A stretch of DNA of 59,527 nt, filler included, from Basidiobolus ranarum (lineage: Eukaryota), in NCBI GenBank assembly GCA_040143965.1. It is 4 parts of 4 records of this genome, joined end to end, with 100 filler letters (N's around TTAATTAATTAA, not from the genome) between each part and the next. Parts side by side here need not be neighbours in the genome. Positions count along the whole stretch, not along the records: positions 1 to 14,848 come from JASJQH010007284.1; 3 more parts are not named here. One strand, given 5' to 3'. Positions 1 through 11,853 of this stretch are shown here, in pieces. The translations under genes were made by a program, and so were the position numbers. The number at the start of each line of letters is the position of its first letter. Positions within the stretch are counted from its first letter, which is position 1. Under the pieces are notes generated by a model. That model saw only the letters and a program-made list of their open reading frames with translations. It was not told the DNA's origin and searched no databases.

Positions 1-3000
1 AAGTTATAAATTGCTGGAGACATTCTCACCAATCCAACTGCAAAGCCTCATCACCCCACTCGCCACTGATGGTTACAAAGGGAACTAGCAACGGTAAATG
101 TTCCCCCCATCAAGAGGTAGAGATTTTCATCATCTCGGAGGATGCAGCAGTCATTGGTGTTGGAACCGTCTACAACGTTCATCCAGATTCGGTTTCCAAC
201 AAACTCATTTGAAACCGGAGATGTTGTTGCACACCGACACGCAGGTGCCGTGAGCTAGCAATAGTGTGGGCTAAGCGATAAACAAATATGCTGGGATTGC
301 ACGCAATCAGTGGCTCTCAATTCGATTGAATATGCTACCATCAGTAAGGCCACTTCATCACAGGATCTTGAACATCCATCTATTCCATGCAAACCTACAA
401 GTCATCAGATTATAATTGTCGTACGTTGTGGGATGGATTCTTTAGCAATGATGGTTTATTATGCTGAATGATGGTTTATTATACTGGATTACTGTCATCA
501 GCATACTTTGCTCCAAGTCTCAAACAGCCTGCTATTTTAGGCCAGGTGTCTCAGATCCCACTTCGGTCAATAATCTCCAAACTCAATCGATTCCTAATCG
601 GCTTCACTTCAATTGACTTTGTGTCCGGCTCGGGAAGTATCGTGTAGGACCCCCTGGGCAACTGAACCTGTACATGACAATTTGAAGGAGGTGACTAAAT
701 TAAAAAGACTGTTACCGGAGCGAGATCTGGGATCAAGTCAACTAGTGCATTTTGAGGATTTTCATCCATCTCTCGAGAAGGAAATCTCCATCAGGCCGTG
801 CAAGTATTTCAAATAAATCAGAATCCAATGCTTACGTACAGATCCTGGGACGGAGTTGATGCTTAACATTAGCGTGAGAAAGTCTTGAATCAGCAGTTCG
901 ATGGTTTTCTGTGGTGACTTGCTATTGTGATGACAGATGGTTATGAACTTGCTTCGATGCATGTGTTACTAGATTGATACTCCTATTCCTAACGATATTG
1001 TGGCGAAGTAGCCATACAACAGGATGAAACCTGTGATCAGGCGTTACTAAGACCCACTGATACTCTACAAATGGGCTTGATTGTATCTGCAAAGCAATCT
1101 AAGTTCACTAGAGAAGCAACAGATGAGGGCCGTCTTGGCTTGGTGCATATGAAAGATAGTTATTAGCCCATGGTGGTACAGTTAAATATCGATGGGATTT
1201 TAAATATCGTGAATTGTCTGCACATGAATTTCAGCAATGCTGACGAACTGTATTGGTTGGAGTTATGTCCAGATAATTGATTTCTCTCCAAGCATCATGT
1301 TCATGCCTGGAAACCGAGCCACTGGATTCTGAAAGCAAACAGGTTTCGATTTCGTACTCTACATGGCTTGCCTAAAGCATAAGATCAATACCTGCTGAGA
1401 GTCTCAACGTTAGTTTTGTGTATTGAATGTGACAACTTCGCTTTCTTCGCTCTGGCCATCAAAGATAAAGACATAGTGGGCCTCTGAGTAATGGAACATA
1501 TAGTTTTCTGGAACAGGGATGTGCGTTGCCATGGTATTTTCAAATGGGGTGTTATACAGTGCGGTTGGAAATCACTTGGAAAGAATCTAAGAGCTCTTTG
1601 GAATTCCCATAAGAACCCACCGTATCACACCTCAATGTATACAAACAATTATATTTTATTTCTCTCAACCTATATAGGACCAAGTGTCTCAGCTCTGGCT
1701 TGGCTTTCAATTGGTATACTGTATGTTTGACTTATGCGTAACAGGATATTACCAGATATCTCACTCTAATAAAAGCGGACAGCGATTCAATACAACTCAA
1801 TCCAAGAAACCCTGAACGAAATCATCTGCTTTCTAAATTCTGCCACTGTAAGCTGGTTTACTCTCTGTATGGGATGAATTGATATATTGATGATGAGAGA
1901 TGAAGTGGTAGGAAATCGTATTTAGTAACATACTTGACTGTGTTGAGTAAATAACTAGGATACGAGATAGACTTAGTTATAAATAGAATAGATATGTAAT
2001 ACAAACATTGTGGGCCGGTTAATCTCAAAATGAACCGGATTCCGAAGTTTGATCATCTTGTCTTAGTAGACTATTAGTGTAAAGCTCTTTAAACTTGAAA
2101 TATGACCACTCAGTAGCAGCCAGTAAGATCCGAAGATATCTTTCTTGATCTCCACAGGGAATCTCTTGGAATGCTTCCATTAGATGCCACACTTGTTAAG
2201 GTTCCTCCTTAGAGTATATTGGCAATCAAATAAACCTCAATGAGTCAGACATATACTCACTACTCGCTACTCATTTTGTTGCTATCCAACGTACGTTAAT
2301 CTTGGGTTCAAATTTTCCCACATTGTAATAATAAAAAGAATACCTATTGGTATTTGAGTCAAATGACCGTGAGTACCTTTTTCAATTCAACTGCCACAAT
2401 TGGTAGGAAAGGTACTGCGCTTTAATTGGCTGTTGATGAGAAAACTTCGAGGGAAGCCTTAATGAAGTTTCTCAATATCAACAAGGTCGCTTCATTCGTT
2501 AAGGCTACAATTTGTCAACATATCCTATCATGCCAAACCAGATGTTCTATGGTTGATACTTTCACCAATGCTTAACTGTACATATTCTCTTGACCAATTT
2601 CCTGGTAAAAGATATGGATCTTGCATTTCCGTTTCAAACTGTCGATACCTTGGTAAATAAAAGACTACTCTGCAGGCCCAACTCTTGGATTGTTTACTCT
2701 CACCGCATCTGTGGAGCTTTCCGATACTTCTCTCAAACTAGTTCGTTACTACACGCTTTGTACGAATCAAGCTTCATACCATATCTTACTTCAGGGGAAG
2801 CCATGTTTGCCAAGCTGCTGGTGTTGTTCAAGCAATGGTAAACTTGTATGGCTCAAGATGATATGTTTTCCGTGATATTCTAATTCCTACATATAGAATA
2901 GTAATGAAAGTGAATTTCAAAGTGATGATGAATGGCCAGCCAGAACTGACAGTAGATGTATCAGCAGAACCATCTTTACCTATAAGTATAGAGAATGATA

Positions 3001-4790
3001 CTGGCTGTTGAGAACAAGTCAATTATGAACCACTTCTAAGACATCAAAACGCTACTGATGAATTAATCCCTCTATCTTCTGATTGTTATCTATTCTACTT
3101 GGAAGCAGTTTTACTTGTTTGATGCAGTATGCTTGAGGTTTTATTTGAACCTTAACGCTTGGTAGTAACGACTCTTCAGTACTAGGATACTAATGTATTG
3201 ACCTAAAGCACTCTACCAGATAGGTGGATTTATGTGCACTACAATAGTAGTGACACTAATTATCGCTTGGATAATAAAATATGACAAACTTGTATGGCAC
3301 TCGCTCATTAGAGTGACGATGGGGAGTAAGCACAGCTGCATTCTTCTTTCTATCATTCTTTAAGTTTAGCTATACCACTTATTCAGCCATCATGGAATGG
3401 TATATCCTCTAGACCATCAATGTAAAAGGGAATGTTGAACGGTTCTTGTGATGCGAGTTATGTTGCAGAGCATTTACATGTAATTGATTGATTTTAAGGA
3501 ATAAATGATCTTCTATTATTCCCCTATTTTGTCTCATGTGTTTGAGATCACATTGTTAATGAATGGGAACTTTTAAATTGACAAATTTTGTCTGAAGAGA
3601 GGTTTGCTTACACCTTGCTTAGATATAGACTTGGAGATACAGCTCAAGGTAGCAATATATACTGTGATATGAATAGACATAATTGCTGCATATGCGTATG
3701 TACAAAGTTATTAGGATTGTTCAATAATTGGGTGATCTCGCAAAGACTGACGCAGCTATTTCGGCATGGCTTTAATCAGGAAAATATATTCAATATTAAT
3801 CAACTGTGACTAAAACTATTGGTATGCAGTGGTGTCTTTAATACTTAGCAGCTTAACATGATATTATCCAGATACATTGTTAACAGGCGAACACAATGTC
3901 AAAAAATAATAGCAATAGTAGTGTATTTAGTGAGGCCCTTTAATTAATTTTCTAAGCTATACCTTAAGATATGCTGCCACCAATAGCATTAGCTAGCAAT
4001 TTGGCAATATCTTAGCAAAATATGCACCATTCTAATTTCACACATATATTGCTTGACAAAACCACCAATACTCTTATCTACTGAAAGTTACTAAACGACT
4101 AGTATTCCCCAAGGAGATACACATTTGGAAGTGGAGTTTTGCGTATATAGTCAAAGCTGGAACCATTTATGTAAGTTTGTAACCGCATTTGTATTTTCAT
4201 AGAATATCAGTGTATTTTGAACAGAAACTTGAAGAGACCAAGGATTTTTCATAAGGGAGCTCCATGCTCCATCATGTGACAATTCCGATAACAGATATAG
4301 CTAATTTTAAGCACAAAAAGCTATGGATAGCGATGCGACTTGACTAACACCAACCTGAACTCATATGAATAAATACAATGGCCCTTCAGGTCTTCTAACT
4401 TGGTTTCAGATTTACAAGTATTCGATAGAGGCAATTTATGTACGGGTATTTAGTTCGAATACTGAATGCATACGATATATATCCTGTCCACCTCTCGCGG
4501 ATTACGGGAATATAGATTACTTACTACCTGATCGTCCACAGGTTGCAGAGTACGGTATTTTTACTTCGAACCAAATCCTGGTACATGAGGTGGTTCAACA
4601 CCATTTTATTTCCTATATGAGTTTTGCGTATTGCAAGTAGCAAACCTCAGACCTAATCGTTTCATATGGAGAGTGTTTCACGGCTGAAGTGTTTCGAAAA
4701 TCCAATAAAATGATTGATTGTAACTCATCTCAGCCTTGATCTATTTTGCATATCAGCATGTTATTATTACCAAACTTTTATTGAAATATC

Positions 4791-6328
4791 ATGCTTTTTA
4801 CCTTACTCAACTTTGTGTTCCTATTTTTTGGTTACGCGCTTGGCGAGATACTACCAGTTGGTGTTACGGCGCCTGTTAATCAGACTACTGTCAGCTATTA
4901 TGACCTATCAAAAGTTCCAAATATTCAACCCAAGGCAGTTGGTTCCGGCACATGCTCAAAGTGCCAACCTGATAGCTGCGAGACTTGTTGGGAAACTTGT
5001 GGAATCTGTCCCCGTCCAAGTGATATCAGTTCATGTCCAATTCAAGATAACATAGGGCTAACGTTTGATGATGGTCCAGGGTAAGTCCACATCAAATTGG
5101 CTACTTTCTTGATTTCCTTGTCACTCACATACCACTTTGGGTGAGATAATAGGGAGCATACACCTGAATTACTTGATATTCTAGCCACACACAACATCAA
5201 GGCCACCTTCTGCGTTATTGGAGTCTTGCTTCAGCAGCCTACATACGCACTCACTTTAAAGCGTATCCATGAAGAGGGTCATACTCTTTGCTCCCATACT
5301 TGGTCACATCAGCACCTTATGTCACTTACTAATGAGGAGATAATATCCGAAATGAAGACCACCGAAGATTTGATTGTCAAAATCACTGGAGTAAGGCCTC
5401 GCTACGTTCGACCGCCTTGTAAGTTCAAGTACAAAAAGGTTGACTTCTTTAGGTTTGACACTAACTCTTGATCGTTTAGTTGGTGAGGTGGACGATCGAG
5501 TTCGGGCTGTGATGGAAGCTATGGATTATAAAATCCTGATGTGGAACTTGTAAGTATCCTCAAAATCGAAGTCAACTGGTTCAATTACTAACATCTGTGT
5601 ACAACCTTGCAAGGGATACACTTGATTGGAAGTACCATACTAATTCACCGAGCGAAATCCACACTGCTGTTGTCAAAAACCTCAAGGATACTTCCAACAA
5701 AAATAGAACATGGATAACCTTAATGCACGATATCCATGGACAGTCAGTTCGACAAGTATCAAAAGTCATTCAAACAGCTAAGCATATGGGACTAGGATTT
5801 CTGAGTGCCGGACAATGCTTAGGAGATGCTTCCATCCCATCCACTCTTCCTTTCCTCACTCAACCAGCATTAGAATTGAACTTTGCTTTCTTAGATCAGG
5901 GTAACAATGAATTCCAAAATCATCCTCCTGAATCAAATCAAGGTAACCATATTTGATCGAATAATCAGATTAATTGCTCGTGAATGATTAATCTAAATTC
6001 TCTGCAGTTCCTCTGGTGAGCCAACCACATCAGCTCAATCCTCAGCCTTTTGTCTATCAAAACGACTCAGATCTGAGTCACATGATGAAGAATACTTTAC
6101 CTACATCCAGTCGAGGTACGTATAACATTTGCTTATTTATATCTAACATTACTAAATATCTTGATAGCTCTAGAACCAAGCCTGGTCCAACCATCGTCGA
6201 CGTCAATTGTGAACGTCACTCCCATCAACACCACACCAACAAGCCCTGCCCGACTGAAAAACCACAGCGAGTCCTTACAGCCATCCATAGCATGGATTTT
6301 GATTATTCCATTTTTTCTGCGTGTCTAA
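4791..6328 (+). CDS. Secreted, probably GPI-anchored chitin/polysaccharide deacetylase (CE4, NodB domain), about 6 exons
   Basis: Signal peptide and Cys-rich N-terminus, then the CE4 motifs TFDDGP, HTWSH, RPPFG (across an intron), DTLDW and LMHD. GT-AG introns start at about 5081, 5419, 5550, 5943 and 6116. The spliced C-terminus is Ser/Thr/Pro-rich and ends hydrophobic (IAWILIIPFFLRV*). Confidence 0.9.
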
Positions 6329-6874
6329 GGTAGCAATATAAATATAGACTACGTTTCACAATCCATATTAGAAGTATTGACTACTAATAGATAATATGGA
6401 GAAATATATTTAAGATAAGAATATATGTCATTGATTTAATCGCTAACAAGATTTGAATAAAAGCTTGAGCTAAACACAGTATAGGAAGAACTTCGGTAGT
6501 ATGGGATGGAGTTCAATGGCAACTCGTGTGAATTGTTGTCGGTATTTGCGCAAAACGAAGGAATGTATTTGATAACAATGTGTGGAATTTCCTTGGTGTA
6601 ACGTGAAAAGTAAATGTGCGTGTGAAATTCGCTCAAGGAGAGATGTTGACGCTACAAATCGAACAGCCATCGAGAGCTTGTTACAATGCATGCTATATGA
6701 CTAAATACACTATAGGTAGTAAGAGTTAAGTTGAGTTGCCACTATGTTTGATCGGATACGCTATCGTCTGATCCAATCCTTCCCAATATGCCTTTGCACC
6801 TAATCTTCAAGTGCGCTTTTAGAAATTCCGTTCAAATCAGCGCATGTGAATACTATTTTTCTCTGCATGCTGAG

Positions 6875-7504
6875 GTAATACGTAGTTGAGATCCGGGGCA
6901 GTTTTGGACAGAGCTGAATTAGGGGTTCATGGCGGCCTTGTGAGACCCAGATCTACAAGGTCTACCGGCCCAGAAAGCAGTGTGTTTTTGCGCTGTTGGA
7001 AACTCGAAGCAAAGCTCTGGTTTGTTCTTATCCTATATTGCTAAACAGTCCATGGATTTGCTACTCAGTCAGACTGAGAAAGAAGTGATCCGATGGCAAG
7101 GATCACTGTTTTCGCCCTTCTGATAATATGGCGGCCACAGTCCAGCTTGTGTCCTTTTTCAGTGGCCATTTAACTGATTTAGCTGCTTGGAACGTGATCA
7201 CTTTTGGATATGTTTTCCATATTTAGGTGTATTCCGGAATATATCAGGTCTCACGGAGACTTGAATGCTCAATAAAATGCGAGCATGATGCTAACCAAAG
7301 GCTAAGCTTATCAGCAACAACATATAACTTGACTCATGGCAATAGTGCTTATGGCGGGGTCAGAGTGATGATAAAGAATGACACACATTTGAGTCAGAGT
7401 TGCTGATGATTGGGAATGCGGGTGGTCTAATTTAGACGGGCTTGGTGGTACACGCTTCACTGATCTTGTGAGTGCTAACGTTAATGAATTCCTTTTTTGG
7501 AAAG
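6875..7504 (+). ncRNA. Candidate large structured RNA (unclassified), possibly inside a 5'-UTR intron of leuA
   Basis: Many hand-identified helices with G-U pairs on the + strand, e.g. AGTGATCC/GGATCACT, CTCAGT/ACTGAG, GGTGTATT/AATATATC, AGGTCTC/GAGACTT, ATCAGCAAC/GTTGCTGAT, CAGAGCT/AGCTCTG. No ORF over 60 aa in the core. Confidence 0.5.
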
Positions 7505-7851
7505 TTCGAGGAGCTTCCTTTGTTACAGATATGTATGTGGCTCATTTTTCGGTGTAAAATGAAGGTTTCGAAATCATGCTTTTCACTGTTGATAATCTCT
7601 GAATCGTTAGTTCGTATGACTCAGGTACCATTGTCCAATCACATATTTTCGTTAGTGCAGATGTAATGCTCGTACATCCAATGCTGATATGTCATTGATT
7701 TTGAGTGGAGAAATCAATACGTAGCCTTCGAGCGATTCGCTCCGTATATTAACTCTGGTTGGGGCCGAACTAACTGAATTATCTTCGACTACACCGAGTC
7801 TGTTACAAAACAATTTTATTTCCTCGACAATACCCATTTCACAACACAAAA

Positions 7852-9731
7852 ATGGCCAAAGATAAGCTTTACATTTTCGATACCACCCTTCGTGATGGTG
7901 AACAAGTAAGGTTATCTCAATACCAGTATTCTATCGATCTCTATACTAATCGTTTTCATTAGTCTCCCGGTGTAAATCTTACCGCCAATGAAAAGGTTGA
8001 AATTGCCAAACTTCTCTCGAAAATGGGTGTTGATATCTGTGAGGCTGGATTCCCCATGTCGTCTGACGGTGACTTCGAAGGCGTGCAAAGAATCGCAAAG
8101 GAAGTTGGTCCATTGATGGATGGTCGTGAGAAGATTGGAAAACCAATGGTATGATGGTCTTCTTTTACCAGCCTCTCGTTTTTGAAATTCCTAACTTTAT
8201 CTTGAAGGTTATCTGCGGTCTGTCTCGTGCCACCAAAGGCGATATTCAGCGCACATATGACGCTGTTAAATGTATATACCATATTCCTTGATCCTGGTTT
8301 TGACTTCTGACTTCTAAATTATTCTTCTCATTTTAGATGCTCCTCTGCATCGTATTCACATCTTCTTGGCTACTTCGGACATTCATTTGGAATATAAACT
8401 TAAGATCGACCGTGCAGAGTGTGTTCGCCGTGCTGTTGAGGCAGTTGCATTCGCCAAAACCCTCTGTGACAACATTGAGTTTTCTCCTGAAGATGCCGCT
8501 AGATCTGATAAGACTTTCCTTGTAAGAAACCTTGTTTATTTTAGAATACACGTTCAGAACAATCATCTAACAAGAACGTACTTAGTGTGAGATTCTAGGT
8601 AAGGTGATTGAAGCTGGAGCCACTACTCTAAATATTCCTGACACCGTTGGTATTTGTGTTCCTGAGGAGTACGGCGCTCTTTTCAAATATCTCAGAGAAA
8701 ATACCCCTGGTTCTGATAAGGCTATCTGGTCAGCTCATTGCCAGAATGATCTTGGTTTGGCTACTGCCAACACTCTTGCTGCCATTTCCAATGGTGTTCG
8801 TCAAGTTGAGGTGACAATTAACGGTATCGGTGAACGTGCCGGAAACACCTCTCTTGAAGAAGTGATTATGGCCTTATACACTCACCCTGACCACTATCCT
8901 GTGTATAATGACATTGAAACTACTCATATATATAGAATTTCACAAATAGTTATCCAAAGAAGTGGAATGCCTGTTCAACCCAACAAGGCCATTGTAGGAG
9001 TTAACGCATTTGCTCACGAATCAGGAATTCATCAAGATGGTGTGTTGAAGAACAAACTCACTTACGAAATCATCGCACCTGAACTTGTTGGTGTTCCATC
9101 CAATAATTTGGTTCTTGGAAAGCATTCTGGACGTAATGCCCTTAAAAACAAACTCGAAGACCTTGGTATTGAACTTTCCGATGTCGAGTTCCAAAAGTTC
9201 TTCCTTCGCTTCAAGAAACTCACTGATGCTAAGAAGACAATCACCGAACAAGATATCTTGGCTCTAGCTGGAGATGAAGTCATTAATCAAGATAGCCTAG
9301 AGACATATAAAATTCAAAATATTTTGATCACTACTGGAAGTGACGTACTTTCTACTGCCACCGTAACTTTAGTTGATACTAGCTCTCCTGCCGAGGAATC
9401 AGAAGGTGAAGATGAAGAACATAAAAAATCCGAGGGCAAGGTACTAGTCGATGCCGCCATTGGACATGGACCCATCCAAGCCGCTTATTATGCTATTAAC
9501 AGACTCATTGGACGCAACATTAGCTTGAAGCAATTTGAAATCCAGAGTGTTGGTGCTGGTGATGATGCTCTTGGTAAAGTCTTTGTTCGCATTTCCCAAG
9601 ATGCTGAAGATAAAGAATCCAAATCTAAGCAATTCGCGGGACACGGTACTCATAACGATATCATCCAAGCTAGTGTTAAGGCCTATGTGAATGCAATTAA
9701 CCGTATGATCGAAGTTGAAAGAAAGAATTAA
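7852..9731 (+). CDS. leuA: 2-isopropylmalate synthase, bacterial/plant (E. coli LeuA) type, 5 exons
   Basis: Spliced N-terminus [21 protein letters not shown], then [46 protein letters not shown] and a C-terminal regulatory domain. Introns at about 7906-7962, 8149-8207, 8272-8336 and 8522-8585. Confidence 0.96.
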
Positions 9732-10387
9732 GCTTAGAATTCATAAAACAATACACTCGTTAGCTTATATATTCACTGTTATTATATCATACATTTCAAT
9801 CTGTCTTGGCAATCTAATGAGAAAAAACAAACCACACCCTCATTGCCCATTTGTTCAATAAATTTATCCAGTATCAAACCTGGTTTGGTTACAATTACAA
9901 TAGGTCTTTCAATTGCCAAGTCTCGTATTCCCTCAGCATGGTTTTATCTGAAGAATTGACTCTAGTGAAAGTACTAATTTTCAGTGTATCTGTATTAACT
10001 ATAAATCAGCTAAAATTTCATTCAGAATAGTGTAAAGCATTAATGATTGATTCAATATGTGGGGCTGCCTTGACGAAATACACTTATTGCTTACGTTTAG
10101 AGGAATTCTGCGCTACTAAATCTATCTAGAATTCGGAGGTTATTATATCTAAATATATATCTAATAATTATTATTATTATTATTATTCGGGCTCAAGTTC
10201 AAAACTCCGGCTAGCATATATCGTTTGGATAAAAGTTAATCAAATATCATGAGAGAGCCCCCATAATTTTGGGGTTAATCAATCGGAGGTTGATATTATT
10301 GATTACCTAAGATTAGATTTGGTTCTCTCTTACACTCTTTGGATTTCACACATTAATCCATATTGACAGGTTGGCATCCATCTAATC

Positions 10388-10951
10388 ATGGTACGTATCT
10401 TTCAACGCAATAACCATAGATACTCTATAATACGTTTTGTGTTGGTGTAGTTGTAGATCTCCACTAAGTACGATTCTCATCTATCTATTTCCTTTTAGTC
10501 TAAGAAAGCCGGTAAAGTTCAAAAGACCCAAGAACCAATTTCACTTGGTCCTCAAGTTCGTGAAGGAGAACTTGTTTTTGGCGTTGCCCATATCTTCGCC
10601 TCCTTCAACGATACCTTTGTTCACGTTACCGATTTGACTGGTCGTGAAACAATGGTTCGTGTTACTGGTGGTATGAAAGTCAAGGCTGATCGTGATGAGT
10701 CTTCTCCATATGCCGCTATGTTAGCTGCCCAAGATGTTGCTGTTCGTTGCAAGGAACTTGGTATCACTGCTCTTCATATCAAGATCCGTGCTACAGGTGG
10801 CAACGGCCCCAAGACTCCTGGTCCTGGTGCTCAGTCTGCTCTCCGTGCTTTAGCCAGAGCTGGTATGAGAATTGGTCGTATCGAAGATGTTACTCCTATT
10901 CCCACTGATAGTACTCGTAGAAAGGGTGGTCGCCGTGGTCGTCGTTTGTAA
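10388..10951 (+). CDS. RPS14: 40S ribosomal protein S14 (uS11)
   Basis: ATG followed by an intron (10391-10498), then [20 protein letters not shown]...[18 protein letters not shown]...[10 protein letters not shown]. Confidence 0.98.
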
Positions 10952-11508
10952 ACTTGTATTTTCTGTATTCGGTTTTATGTATACATCTTACATAGAACCA
11001 ATCAGTAAAGCTAGTTCAATAAAAGATCCTCGACCCTAGATTGTATAATATCAACTATTCTACTATTTGTTTTCTGACATAGATGTATTCTTATTTAGAG
11101 TGGAAGAGCGGGTAATCTGTTTAAAAGGTAACCAAGATGTCGACTGTTCCATGTTTGTGTGGAAGATGCGTAAGATTGATACCATGCTCCTCGAACCCAA
11201 CTGTATGTACTTCAATTCACACCTAATATAACAGTCCGATTTAGCTAAGATAAATCTTGGCCATTGACGCATAAATTATAGATCATTTCAGAGGATTCGT
11301 ACGATATGAATCTTGTTTCACCATATATACCCCGACTGGACCATTTGAAATGGGCTTTTTATAGAGTTTAATTCTTTAATAATTCAAGATATTTAGTTTT
11401 GCATTGGTTAATAAGGTTATTTGGTTTCTGGAAGATATTGTGATAGACGGTCAACGACTAATACGTTGGGCTATCAGCTATTGCGTTGAAGTGGTGTGTT
11501 ACCCTTAT

Positions 11509-11853
11509 TCAATTGCTACCACTGCGATTGAAGATGAGTTTAACACTCTTTGCTGATACAGCCGTATCGATGGCACGAGCTCCTCCTTGGGTTGTATATA
11601 GGAGGGAGCCCAGACAAGCGTCGTCTTCGTACAGCTCAACCTTGGTTACGGCTGCTACAGCATATGACCTAATAGGCCCTTCAGTAAGAGGAGCACAACC
11701 TTCGTGAGGAATGTCATCGTGATTTTCTAGATAGCCCTCGAAGTTCGGCTCGGCAAAGGTGGCAATATCTAGGCGGATTTGATCCAGAGGGATACTTAAA
11801 GAGCTAACTACAGACACACTAATTAAAGCCAGGATGATGATTTTAAAGATCAT
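11509..11853 (-). CDS. Small secreted protein, beta/gamma-crystallin-like
   Basis: Hydrophobic signal peptide and two Greek-key-like motifs (TFAEPNFEG and VELYEDDACLG). Intronless, 114 aa. Confidence 0.65.
   Translation of the reverse strand: MIFKIIILALISVSVVSSLSIPLDQIRLDIATFAEPNFEGYLENHDDIPHEGCAPLTEGPIRSYAVAAVTKVELYEDDACLGSLLYTTQGGARAIDTAVSAKSVKLIFNRSGSN

Noticed and set aside
1-4780. Short ORFs and exon-like fragments
   Set aside because: No recognisable motifs and frequent stops. Possibly decayed gene fragments, but I cannot support a call.
6918-6928. TTAGGGGTT as a telomerase RNA template
   Set aside because: It would need the minus strand, while G-U pairing favours the plus strand. 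No convincing pseudoknot or P6.1 loop.
7060-7110. CTGAGA as a TPP riboswitch core
   Set aside because: The downstream ACCTGAT...GCG.AGG elements are absent, and the motif lies in a simple hairpin.
7466-7504. Similarity to U4atac/U6atac (TGCTAACG, TTTTTGGAAA)
   Set aside because: Only 8-10 nt match, better explained as a branch site and pyrimidine tract.
7959-9668. Antisense and alternate-frame ORFs over leuA (and likewise over 22385-23941 and the ZIP gene)
   Set aside because: Shadows of real coding sequence.
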